A DNA stretch of 32,000 nt from Mycolicibacterium smegmatis (GCF_001457595.1 NZ_LN831039.1:780001-812000), one strand, 5' to 3'; positions 9,023 through 16,726 are shown, counted from the stretch's first letter. The notes: generated by a model from the letters alone, not told the origin. Numbers and translations are program-made.

Positions 9023-9976
9023 ATGGCTTGCCGGATGGATCATGAATGGGAATGCGTCGTCGTCGGTGGTGGAGCGGCGGGGCTCAGTGCTGCGCTGGTG
9101 CTAGCGCGGGCCCGGCGGCGGACGCTGCTGATCGACGCCGGAGAGCCGAGCAACGGCGTGGCCCCGGCCATCGGCGGTCTGCTCGGCCACGACCGCCGGC
9201 CACCACACGAGCTGTATGCGCAGGGGCGTCGCGAACTCGCCGCCTATCCCACTTTCACATTCCGTGAAGGGTGCGTCGTCCGCGGCGCCCCGGCCGACGG
9301 CGGGTCGGTGCGCGACCTGGACGACGGCTCGCAGGTGACGGCCAAGCGGGTGCTGCTCGCCACCGGTATGCAGTACTGCCCGCCGTCCCTGCCCGGCATG
9401 GACAAGTTTTGGGGGACAACGGTTTTCCAGTGCCCGTTCTGCCACGCCTGGGAGTTGCGCGACCAGCGGCTGGCCACGCTCGCGGCCGGCGCAGAAGGCG
9501 TCAACACCGCCCTCATGCTGCGTGGCTGGAGCGACGACGTCGTACTGCTCACCGATGGTCCGTCGGACCTGTCGTCCGGCGACCGGAGTCTGCTGGACAA
9601 CGCCAAGGTGACCATCGACGAGCGCCGCATCGCCGAACTGCTGGGGCAGGACGGTCAACTGACCGCGATCGCGTTCTCCGACGGCACCCGCCTGGAACGC
9701 GACGGACTGCTGGTCGAGGCGCCGCTGCGGCAACGCTCCGAACTCGCGAGTCAACTCGGCGCACAGTGCGCCGCAGGAGAGCTCGCGTCAGACGCCATCG
9801 ACGTCGACGAGATGCACCGCACCACGGTGCACTCGGTCTTCGCGGCCGGTGACACGTGCACCGAGGAACCCTCCGTCGCGTCGGCGATCGCCGCGGGCTC
9901 GCAGGCCGCGAAGATCATCGTGCAGAGCCTGTTCGCCGACGAGTTCGGCCTGCCGTACCCGCCCGGATCGAACTAG
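9023..9976 (+). CDS. NAD(P)/FAD-dependent oxidoreductase, thioredoxin-reductase-like
   Basis: Motifs: ECVVVGGGAAGLSAALVLARA (FAD fold), the redox-type CPFCHAWE, and C-terminal VFAAGD. Start is ATG at 9023 or 9035. The upstream part of the 8834 ORF overlaps the small membrane gene. Confidence 0.8.
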   Translation: MACRMDHEWECVVVGGGAAGLSAALVLARARRRTLLIDAGEPSNGVAPAIGGLLGHDRRPPHELYAQGRRELAAYPTFTFREGCVVRGAPADGGSVRDLDDGSQVTAKRVLLATGMQYCPPSLPGMDKFWGTTVFQCPFCHAWELRDQRLATLAAGAEGVNTALMLRGWSDDVVLLTDGPSDLSSGDRSLLDNAKVTIDERRIAELLGQDGQLTAIAFSDGTRLERDGLLVEAPLRQRSELASQLGAQCAAGELASDAIDVDEMHRTTVHSVFAAGDTCTEEPSVASAIAAGSQAAKIIVQSLFADEFGLPYPPGSN

Positions 9977-10551
9977 TTCCGCCGGTTGCGCAGGCGCGCG
10001 GCGAGGGTGCCGCCGCCGCGCACCACCGCGACCCCGAACAGAATCCACGGCCCCGCCACCAGGATCGGATCGATCCACGTGTGGCTGAGGTCGGTGCGCT
10101 TGCGGCCCACCCGCGAGCTGAAGCCTTTGTGGGTGAACTCGCTCTTGACGCCGGTCTCGGTGATGGGGTTGTCGGGACGCAGCGTGAACATCGAGGCGAG
10201 ATGGTGCTCGATGGCGTCGACCCGGTCGGCGCCGAGCAGCAGCAGCCAGTGCGCGGCCCTGGTCTCGCTGTACTTCGCATAGGCGTGTCTGCGGATCGCA
10301 CCGGACAGGCCTTTGAGCGGCGCCGCGGTGCCGAACACCGGGGTGAGCATCTTGTGTTCGATGGACCGTTCGCGCGGCCGGTTCTCCGGTTGCAGGTCGG
10401 GGAACTCCCAGTGCGCCTCCGGGAGCGGGACCGGCGCACTCGCCTCCTGATCTGACGGCGGCTGCGGTGGGAGGTCCACACCCCATCCGGGGATACGCGC
10501 GCGGAGCACGTCGCTGTCGGGGCGGATGGGTCCTTGTGCGGTGTAAGCCAT
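9973..10551 (-). CDS. Hypothetical protein, 192 aa, with a C-terminal membrane anchor; coupled to the upstream Zn-ADH
   Basis: ATG at 10551 is preceded by AAGGA, 11 nt after the ADH stop. The translation runs MAYTAQGPIRPDSD...HTWIDPILVAGPWILFGVAVV RGGGTLAARLRNRRN. GC3 is high. The longer 487-aa ORF is an artefact that runs into the ADH gene in another frame. Confidence 0.65.
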   Translation of the reverse strand: MAYTAQGPIRPDSDVLRARIPGWGVDLPPQPPSDQEASAPVPLPEAHWEFPDLQPENRPRERSIEHKMLTPVFGTAAPLKGLSGAIRRHAYAKYSETRAAHWLLLLGADRVDAIEHHLASMFTLRPDNPITETGVKSEFTHKGFSSRVGRKRTDLSHTWIDPILVAGPWILFGVAVVRGGGTLAARLRNRRN

Positions 10552-10562
10552 GAGAGTCCTTG

Positions 10563-11711
10563 TCAGCTGGCGGTAGGGACGATGATCGGCTTGATGCAGT
10601 CGTCGAGCTTGGCGGAGAAGATGTGGTAGCCCTCTGCGATGTGTTCCAGCGGGATCCGGTGGGTGACAATGTCGTTGGGCTTCAGATAACCGTTCTTGAT
10701 GTGTGACAGCAGCCGCGGCCACTCGCGCTTGACCGGGCACTGGTTCATCCGCAGGGTCAGGCCCTTGTTGAATGCATCGCCGAATTTCACCGCACTGAAC
10801 ATGGGGCCGTAGGCGCCGACCACCGATACGGTGCCGCCCTTTCGCACCGAATCGATCGCCCAGTTCAACGCGATCGGAGACCCGCCCTGCAGTTTCAGCT
10901 TCGTCGCCGTGACGTGCTGTAAGAAGTTGCCGTCGGCCTCGGCGCCCGCGGCGTCGATCGCGACGTCGGCCCCGAGATGATCGGTGGTCCTCTTCATCTT
11001 CACCACGATGTCGTCGCAGTCGACGAAGTTGATGGTCTCGGCGTGGGCGAACGTGCGTGCCTTCTCCAACCGGTACTCCAGGTGGTCGATGACGATCACC
11101 CGGCCCGCGCCCATCAGCCACGCCGACTTCGCGGCGAACAGGCCCACCGGGCCCGCGCCGAACACCACGACAGTGTCTCCCTCGGCGATGTTGCCGAGTT
11201 GTGCGCCGAAATACCCGGTGGCCAGGGCGTCGGTGAGCAGCAGCGCGTCCTCGTCGTCGAGCCAGTCGGGGATGATCGACGGGCCGACGTCGGCGAACGG
11301 CACCCGCACGAACTCGGCCTGGCCGCCGTCGTACCCGCCGCACGTGTGGGAATAGCCGTAGATGCCGCCGACCGCGGTGGCGTTCGGGTTCACGTTGTGG
11401 CAGTTGGAGTACAGCCCGCGGGCGCAGAAGTAACACGATCCGCAGAAGATGTTGAACGGCACCATGACCCGGTCACCCACGGAAAGGTTCTGCACCGAGG
11501 GCCCGACTTTCTCGACGACACCGATGAATTCGTGTCCGAACGTCGTGCCCACGCGGGTGTCGGGCATCATGCCGTGATAGAGGTGCAGATCCGATCCGCA
11601 GATCGCGGCTTTGGTGACCCGGACGATGGCATCGTTGGGATGCTCGATCGCGGGAATCGGTTTGTCTTCCAAGCGGATCTTGTACGGTCCGCGATACACC
11701 ATGGCTCGCAT
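10563..11711 (-). CDS. Zinc-dependent alcohol dehydrogenase, glutathione-independent formaldehyde dehydrogenase-like
   Basis: Catalytic Zn ligands are in AAICGSDLH and GHEFIGVV. The structural-Zn cysteine cluster is CGSCYFCARGLYSNC. The Rossmann motif is VVFGAGPVGL. GGGAGA lies 5 nt upstream of the ATG. Confidence 0.9.
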   Translation of the reverse strand: MRAMVYRGPYKIRLEDKPIPAIEHPNDAIVRVTKAAICGSDLHLYHGMMPDTRVGTTFGHEFIGVVEKVGPSVQNLSVGDRVMVPFNIFCGSCYFCARGLYSNCHNVNPNATAVGGIYGYSHTCGGYDGGQAEFVRVPFADVGPSIIPDWLDDEDALLLTDALATGYFGAQLGNIAEGDTVVVFGAGPVGLFAAKSAWLMGAGRVIVIDHLEYRLEKARTFAHAETINFVDCDDIVVKMKRTTDHLGADVAIDAAGAEADGNFLQHVTATKLKLQGGSPIALNWAIDSVRKGGTVSVVGAYGPMFSAVKFGDAFNKGLTLRMNQCPVKREWPRLLSHIKNGYLKPNDIVTHRIPLEHIAEGYHIFSAKLDDCIKPIIVPTAS

Positions 11712-11802
11712 ACGGTCTCCCTAGATCTGTGCCATCGAAAAATGTGGCGCCATCCGGAGGTACCCCGCGCGCAGCCGCTGAAACGGCCGGTGTCAGATCG
11801 GC

Positions 11803-12456
11803 TCAGGCGCAATCGTGCTGGGCACGGATGTGCCTGGGCACCGACCGACGGCTTTCGATGACGGCGACAGCGTCGAGGTGGTGACGCGGCAGCGGGATGG
11901 CCTGGGCCTTGTCGGTGACCGGGCGCGTGGTGGCCTTGCGACGCCTGCGCGACCGCCGGGGTGCGAAGATCTGCGACGCGTGCTCGGCGATCAACAGGCC
12001 GGCGGCCAGGGTCGCGTCGTCGAGGGCGCCGATCTGGTTGGAGTAGAGATTCAACGTGGCGCTCGCGGTGCCGTGCCCGGTGAGCGGCAGTTGCAGCATC
12101 GACCGGATGGGCGTCGCCGCGACCGCGCGCGCCGTGAACTCCGGCCAGCGGGTCTCGGCAGTCAGGTCGTCGATCACAGTCACGTGCCCGTCGGCCGTGA
12201 ACGAGGGGCCGTCGCCGCAGTGGCGTTGGATTTTGTCGAGGACCAGCGGGTGGCCGTTGGTGGCGGCCAGCGAGCGGATCACGCCGTGCTTGCCCAGAAG
12301 CGTGACGCCCGCGTGATGGACGGAAGGCAGTTCATCCACGGCGGCCATCGTGATCCGGGCCAAGATCACATACGGGTCAGGGTCAGCGGATGTGCGGACG
12401 AGCTCCGCGAAAGCCGCTTCGATTCGTGCGGTGTCAATCCCGCCATGGCCGGACAC
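11803..12456 (-). CDS. GAF-domain protein with an Arg-rich C-terminal tail (217 aa)
   Basis: GTG at 12456 lies 5 nt after GGAGG. A GAF-like core runs ILARITMAAVDELPSVHHAGVTLLG...SMLQLPL...ATLNLYS. The 436-aa ORF extension upstream is Arg/Gly-rich and overlaps the Pro-rich gene region, so I do not treat it as coding. Confidence 0.7.
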   Translation of the reverse strand: MSGHGGIDTARIEAAFAELVRTSADPDPYVILARITMAAVDELPSVHHAGVTLLGKHGVIRSLAATNGHPLVLDKIQRHCGDGPSFTADGHVTVIDDLTAETRWPEFTARAVAATPIRSMLQLPLTGHGTASATLNLYSNQIGALDDATLAAGLLIAEHASQIFAPRRSRRRRKATTRPVTDKAQAIPLPRHHLDAVAVIESRRSVPRHIRAQHDCA

Positions 12457-12570
12457 AGAACCTCCAAGAGAACTCGCTGCACAGCTGCGAACAGCAGCGG
12501 ATCTGTAGTACCCGCGGTGGGGACGGCCAAACGCGGTCGGAGGTGAAAATTGGAACGCGAGTACGACAAC

Positions 12571-12598
12571 GGTGCCGCTGCCATCGGGCAGCGGCACC
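12571..12598 (-). terminator. Perfect 12-bp-stem hairpin downstream of the Pro/Ala-rich secreted protein gene
   Basis: GGTGCCGCTGCC-ATCG-GGCAGCGGCACC lies 25 nt beyond the stop at 12624 on the minus strand. Confidence 0.55.
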
Positions 12599-12623
12599 GT
12601 GTCAGTGCCGTCCGGGTGCCGTC

Positions 12624-13166
12624 CTAGTGCTGCGGGCCGGGCATCGCAGGCTGGCCGGGCGCCGGTGCGCCTGCGGGAGCCGGTCCGGTCGGCTGGCCCT
12701 TGCCGCCGAGGCCGGACATCTCCAGCAGCGGTGCGCCCGCGGCGGCAGGCGCGATGGGGCCGGCGGCAGCAGCGATCGGTGCGGCCGCGATCGGCGGCAC
12801 GCCCGCGGGCGGGACGACGGGCGGCACCGGGGGAACCGGCGGGGCCAGCGGCGGCGGGACGACCGGCGGGACCACCGGGGGCGGTGCGACCGGGACGGGC
12901 GGCACGGGCCCGGGCGGGGCCAACGGCACCCCTGCCGCCATCTCGCTGATCGGTGCGGCCGCGCACGCCGCGCCGACAGGTGCAGCGGCTGCGCCCGCGG
13001 GAGCGCCCGCCGCGCCCACCGTGCCCGCCTGCTCGTGCAGACACGCGTCGCCGCCGGTGACCAGCGGCGTGACGGCCGACGCGACTGGGCTCAAGACCAG
13101 AGCGACCCCACATACCGCAGCCCCCGCAGCAACCGCTCCGCAGTTGAATCGATCAAAGATCGCCAT
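12624..13166 (-). CDS. Secreted Pro/Ala-rich protein (180 aa) with an N-terminal signal peptide
   Basis: ATG at 13166 follows AAGGAG with a 9-nt spacer. The signal peptide is MAIFDRFNCGAVAAGAAVCGVALVLSPVASA|V. The body is rich in (P)PV repeats (PPGPVPPVPVAPPPVVPPVVPPPLAPPVPPVPPVVPP). A strong hairpin lies downstream. GC3 is high in this frame. Confidence 0.6.
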   Translation of the reverse strand: MAIFDRFNCGAVAAGAAVCGVALVLSPVASAVTPLVTGGDACLHEQAGTVGAAGAPAGAAAAPVGAACAAAPISEMAAGVPLAPPGPVPPVPVAPPPVVPPVVPPPLAPPVPPVPPVVPPAGVPPIAAAPIAAAAGPIAPAAAGAPLLEMSGLGGKGQPTGPAPAGAPAPGQPAMPGPQH

Positions 13167-13489
13167 GGACGTTGACTCCTTCATTCGTGCTCAAACAAAT
13201 CAGCGATGGTGTTGCGCAGCAAAAGTGCTCAACCCCGCTGAAGTCGGGTTTAATCGACTGCGTTAATTGTCGGCAGTCGTTGCGCAAGACGACACGCGGC
13301 GCACCGCATCGTTTCCGAACAGTGATGTTCGGCGTTGCCGGGCAACGGATATCGGATACAGCAACCATGCTGCGTCGCGGCGCGCGCGTCGTCACCCGGT
13401 GAGCCGCACCAGGCACGGTCGGGCGAAAGACATTGTGTGGCAACGGGATAGTGGCCCGCGCCACGCGGGGGTGGGCATACACGTCGGCG

Positions 13490-14506
13490 CTACTCCTGGA
13501 CGATGATCGGATCGCCGACGTTGACCGCGTCGAAGTACCATTCCGCGTCGGTGACGCTCAAACCGATGCAACCGTGGCTCACGTTTTCATAACCGATCGA
13601 GTTTTCGGCCCATGGCGCCGGGTGGACGAAAAGCCCGCGGCGTGTGAAGCGCACGGCGTGGTCCACGTCGATGAGGTAACCGTCTGCCGCGTCGATCGGA
13701 ATGCCCACGCTGCTCGAATCCATGGTCACCGAGCCCTCTTTGGCCAGCACGGTGTACTTGCCGACCGGCGTCGGGTATTCGGGCCTGCCCATCGTGGCAG
13801 GCAGGACGCCCGGTTTGCCCCAGTGCAGGCGATGGTGCGGCGAGGGCAACGGCGGACCGGGCGGGATGTCCGGTGTGGGCGTCATGCCCGGAATCGCCAG
13901 GGCCTCAGGCTCTTCCGGCTCCGGGGGTTCCGGCGCGGCGGTTTTGGCCGGCACGCGCACCATCACCTCGGGCATGCGTGGATCGTCCTGGGCCGCATTC
14001 ACGCGCACCGGGACCTCGGGATTGGGTTCGGGTGCTTGTTCCGGCGGGGGTTCCGGTGCCTGCTCCGGTGGTCCGGCGGGGACCCCGTCGATCGTCACCA
14101 CGAACGTCTTGTCGGAGATGTCGGCGACGGCGACGACGGCCGGTCCGGTCTTGAACTGCAACGGAATGTTGCCGACCGACAGTGCCACGGTGCTGTGGGC
14201 CGGCCAGTAGTCGTCCGGAACCCATTGCACCACATTGTCTTCGACCCACTCGAACGAACCCTTCACCTCGGGGTGGGTCTTGATGCCGATGGCGCGTTCG
14301 GCCATGCGGCGGTCGGTGACCGGTGTCGTGAAGGTCACCACGATGGGATGCCCGATGCCCACGACCGCACCCGGCGTCGGTTCGACCGACGCGATGGCAG
14401 TGCGGTAGGACTGATTCGCGGCGGCGAGATTGACGTCCACCGGTGCGAGACCGACACCGGCGGAGATCCCGACTGCCGCGAGGGCACCCCATAAGACCAC
14501 GCGCAT
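13490..14506 (-). CDS. L,D-transpeptidase (YkuD domain) with an internal Pro/Glu-rich linker
   Basis: The catalytic motif is YENVSHGCIGLSV, near the C-terminus. The N-terminal signal/anchor is MRVVLWGALAAVGISAGVGLAPV. Start is ATG at 14506; the longer ORF start at 14572 lacks support. Confidence 0.85.
   Translation of the reverse strand: MRVVLWGALAAVGISAGVGLAPVDVNLAAANQSYRTAIASVEPTPGAVVGIGHPIVVTFTTPVTDRRMAERAIGIKTHPEVKGSFEWVEDNVVQWVPDDYWPAHSTVALSVGNIPLQFKTGPAVVAVADISDKTFVVTIDGVPAGPPEQAPEPPPEQAPEPNPEVPVRVNAAQDDPRMPEVMVRVPAKTAAPEPPEPEEPEALAIPGMTPTPDIPPGPPLPSPHHRLHWGKPGVLPATMGRPEYPTPVGKYTVLAKEGSVTMDSSSVGIPIDAADGYLIDVDHAVRFTRRGLFVHPAPWAENSIGYENVSHGCIGLSVTDAEWYFDAVNVGDPIIVQE
14013..14060 (-). repeat. 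Imperfect 24-nt tandem duplication encoding PPEQAPEP x2 inside the L,D-transpeptidase linker
   Basis: Units 14013-14036 and 14037-14060 differ only at a few positions, all synonymous. Confidence 0.7.
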
Positions 14507-14708
14507 TGGCTTCCGATTTCCCTCGTAAATTACAAGTTTGTCAATAAGGATGGTAGGGGTCCGGGGACTCATCGAAAGCTCTCGTGCACAAGCAATTCGG
14601 TCAAAGAATCATCACGGTTTGAGCACGACCTGCGAGATGGCGCCATTCGCCCAGGTGGGCCTCAGGTCGGTGCGGATACTTGGGCCGACGGCAGGGCGGT
14701 TACGGCGG

Positions 14709-15926
14709 TTACGTCGTGACCAGTTCGAGACGTGCGAGCCGGCGCACCAGCAGGCTCGGCAGCCACGGACCGGTGTCGCCGGCCGTGATGTTCTCGGTGC
14801 TGTGCAGCAGATGACGCAGCACCACCAGGGCCTCCAGGCGCGCGAGGGCCGCGCCGACACAGAAGTGCGTGCCCTTGCCGAAGCTGAGATGACCTTTCGC
14901 GCCGGAGCGGTCCAGGCGGAACTCGTCGGGAGCGTCGAAATGCGACGGGTCACGGTTTGCCGCGCCCCACAACAGCAGCAGGCGCGACCCGGCCGGGAGG
15001 TCGACGCCGCCCAGTGTGGTGTCGCGGACCACGTGGCGGTAGTGGCCGCGGAACGGCGGTTCGTACCGCAGCACCTCTTCGACAAACGCGCCGAGTAGTT
15101 CGGGTTGCGCACGCACCTGTTCCTGGATGTCGGGACGGCTCGCCAAAATCCAAGCGGCCGAACCGATCAGAGAAGCCGTGGACTCACCGCCCGCGCTGAA
15201 GAGGATGATCATCATGGACTGTGCGGTGAGCTCTTCCATCTCGCCCGTCGCGCATGCTGTGGCGAGGTCACCGAGCAGATTGTCCTGCGGGTCCTGTGCC
15301 GCGTGCCGGAACTGGTCGGTGATGTAGCCGGCGAGTTCCATCACGGCCACGGTGGCCTGTGTGAGTTGATCCTGGCCGACCAGACCCTCGACCACCTGGG
15401 TGGCCGAATAGCCCCACCGGACCAGCTTGTCGACGTCGGCGTCGGGCACACCGATGAGGCGTCCGACGATCATCATCGGCAGCCGGTTGGCCACGGCACT
15501 CATCCACTCGATGTGACCGTCGTGAAGATGGCTGTGCCACAGACTGTTCGCTGTTTCGAGGATGAACGGTTCGAAGGACCGGATGCGCCTGGCTGCCAGT
15601 TGCGGCAGCAGTGCCTTGCGGTGCGCGGTGTGGGCGGGCTCGTCGGCGGTGGCCAGCACGTGGCTCTTGCCGCCCAGGCCCTCCATCTCGAAGGCGCCCA
15701 CGGTGCCGTCGGCCTGATAGGTCATCGTCGCGGTCAGGTTCGAGCTGAAGTCCTCGGGCCGCGCGATGGCGTCGTTGACCGCGTCCCAGCCGCACACCGC
15801 GTAAAAGCCGGAGTCGGCGATGGGATGGACCGGAGCGGTGTCGAGCATCCGCCGATACAGCGGATACGGGTCCTGGATGCACTCCGGGTGGAACAACGCG
15901 AGGCCGAGACCCTCCGGTGGCGTCAT
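14709..15926 (-). CDS. Cytochrome P450
   Basis: The heme-thiolate loop is FGKGTHFCVGAALARLE, the EXXR motif is EEVLRYEPP, and the I-helix-like segment is ILFSAGGESTASL. Confidence 0.9.
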   Translation of the reverse strand: MTPPEGLGLALFHPECIQDPYPLYRRMLDTAPVHPIADSGFYAVCGWDAVNDAIARPEDFSSNLTATMTYQADGTVGAFEMEGLGGKSHVLATADEPAHTAHRKALLPQLAARRIRSFEPFILETANSLWHSHLHDGHIEWMSAVANRLPMMIVGRLIGVPDADVDKLVRWGYSATQVVEGLVGQDQLTQATVAVMELAGYITDQFRHAAQDPQDNLLGDLATACATGEMEELTAQSMMIILFSAGGESTASLIGSAAWILASRPDIQEQVRAQPELLGAFVEEVLRYEPPFRGHYRHVVRDTTLGGVDLPAGSRLLLLWGAANRDPSHFDAPDEFRLDRSGAKGHLSFGKGTHFCVGAALARLEALVVLRHLLHSTENITAGDTGPWLPSLLVRRLARLELVTT

Positions 15927-16065
15927 GCATCCAAAGGTGACCGGCGCCGTGATCTCCCGTCAACGGCTCCCGGCGAAGTTGAAACCGACCCCGTCGGGGT
16001 TGTTGCGACGGCGTCTCACGCGAGGCGGCGTACCTGCGTTGACGCTGAGAACTTTCTATGTATTT

Positions 16066-16081
16066 GTCTCAAGTCTGAGAC
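16066..16081. promoter_or_regulatory. Candidate operator for the adjacent TetR regulator (GTCTCA-AGTC-TGAGAC)
   Basis: A perfect 6-bp inverted repeat with a 4-nt spacer lies 31 nt upstream of the TetR start, in the P450/TetR divergent region. The local sequence is AT-rich. Confidence 0.35.
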
Positions 16082-16111
16082 GATGCGGAAACTCGTACGA
16101 AGGGGGTGCGC

Positions 16112-16648
16112 ATGGCTGACTGGCTTCTGGGCGGTGAGCGCCGCACCGCGGCGGCCGAGCGCATCTACGCCGCGGCCACCGAACTCGTGCTGCGCGACGG
16201 CCTGGACGCTCTGGACATCGACACCCTGGCGGCGCGTGTGCACTGCTCGCGCGCCACCGTCTACCGCTACGCGGGAGGCAAGGCGCAGATCCGCGATGCC
16301 GTGCTGCTGCGGCTGGCGGCAAGCATCGTCGACTCGGTGCGCCAAGCCGTCGAGCACCTCAGCGGCCGTGAACGCGTGGTCAAGGCCGTCACCGTCGCGC
16401 TGGAGCACATCCGGTCCGACCCGATACGGCAGATGATGGTCGGCCTGGGCGCGGGTCGTGATCTGAGCGAGCTTCCGGCCTCCCCGGTGCTGGCCGATCT
16501 GTCGGCCGAACTCACCGGCGTGACCGACGACCCGCAGGCCGCCCAGTGGATCGTGCGCGTCGTGATGTCCCTGGCCGTCTGGCCGATCGGGGATCCCGCG
16601 TCCGAAGCGGCCTTGGTCGAACGGTTCGTGGCGCCTGCGTTCGAGTGA
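16112..16648 (+). CDS. TetR-family transcriptional regulator
   Basis: The HTH reads LDIDTLAARVHCSRATVYRYAGGKAQIRDAV. ATG at 16112 lies 5-6 nt after GAAGGGGG. The gene is divergent from the P450. Confidence 0.85.
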   Translation: MADWLLGGERRTAAAERIYAAATELVLRDGLDALDIDTLAARVHCSRATVYRYAGGKAQIRDAVLLRLAASIVDSVRQAVEHLSGRERVVKAVTVALEHIRSDPIRQMMVGLGAGRDLSELPASPVLADLSAELTGVTDDPQAAQWIVRVVMSLAVWPIGDPASEAALVERFVAPAFE

Positions 16649-16652
16649 GACG

Positions 16653-16726
16653 TGGAGCCGGTGACGGGAATCGAACCCGCGTATTCAGCTTGGGAAGCTG
16701 ATGTTCTGCCATTGAACTACACCGGC
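16653..16726 (-). tRNA. glyU: tRNA-Gly (anticodon CCC), 74 nt with encoded CCA
   Basis: The minus-strand sequence GCCGGTG-TA-GTTC-AATGGCA-GAAC-A-TCAGC-TTCCCAA-GCTGA-ATAC-GCGGG-TTCGATT-CCCGT-CACCGGC-T-CCA folds as a canonical cloverleaf. It lies next to dcd, as in M. tuberculosis. Confidence 0.9.

Noticed and set aside
9973-11436. A 487-aa minus-strand ORF spanning most of the Zn-ADH gene.
   Set aside because: Only its last 192 codons, from ATG at 10551 with an AAGGA RBS, look like protein. The upstream part is an Arg-rich alternative frame of the clearly recognisable ADH gene.
11803-11900. A possible truncated ANTAR RNA-binding domain at the C-terminus of the GAF protein (..HLDAVAVIESRRSVPRHIRAQHDCA*).
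   Set aside because: The resemblance to the ANTAR consensus (AL-ESR-x-x-I-x-QAKGILM) is limited to a few residues. I translated the other two frames and the sequence after the stop and found no continuation of an ANTAR domain. The evidence does not support the call.
12457-13113. The 5' extension of the 436-aa ORF upstream of the GAF gene, and the plus-strand ORFs 12390-13175 and 12700-13266.
   Set aside because: These translations are Arg/Gly/Ala low-complexity sequence with no start signals. The minus-strand Pro/Ala-rich gene in another frame has an RBS, a signal peptide and a terminator. The GAF gene has its own GGAGG-GTG start at 12456.
13315-13347. Twin adjacent hairpins as a possible ANTAR dual-hexaloop target.
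   Set aside because: The loops are 4 and 3 nt, not the hexaloops characteristic of ANTAR targets, and no convincing ANTAR protein is present.
14709-16726. A possible tRNA-Gly-associated genomic island (P450 plus TetR adjacent to the tRNA 3' end).
   Set aside because: I found no integrase or recombinase, and no direct repeat of the tRNA 3' end anywhere I could see in the window. GC content and codon style are indistinguishable from the flanks.
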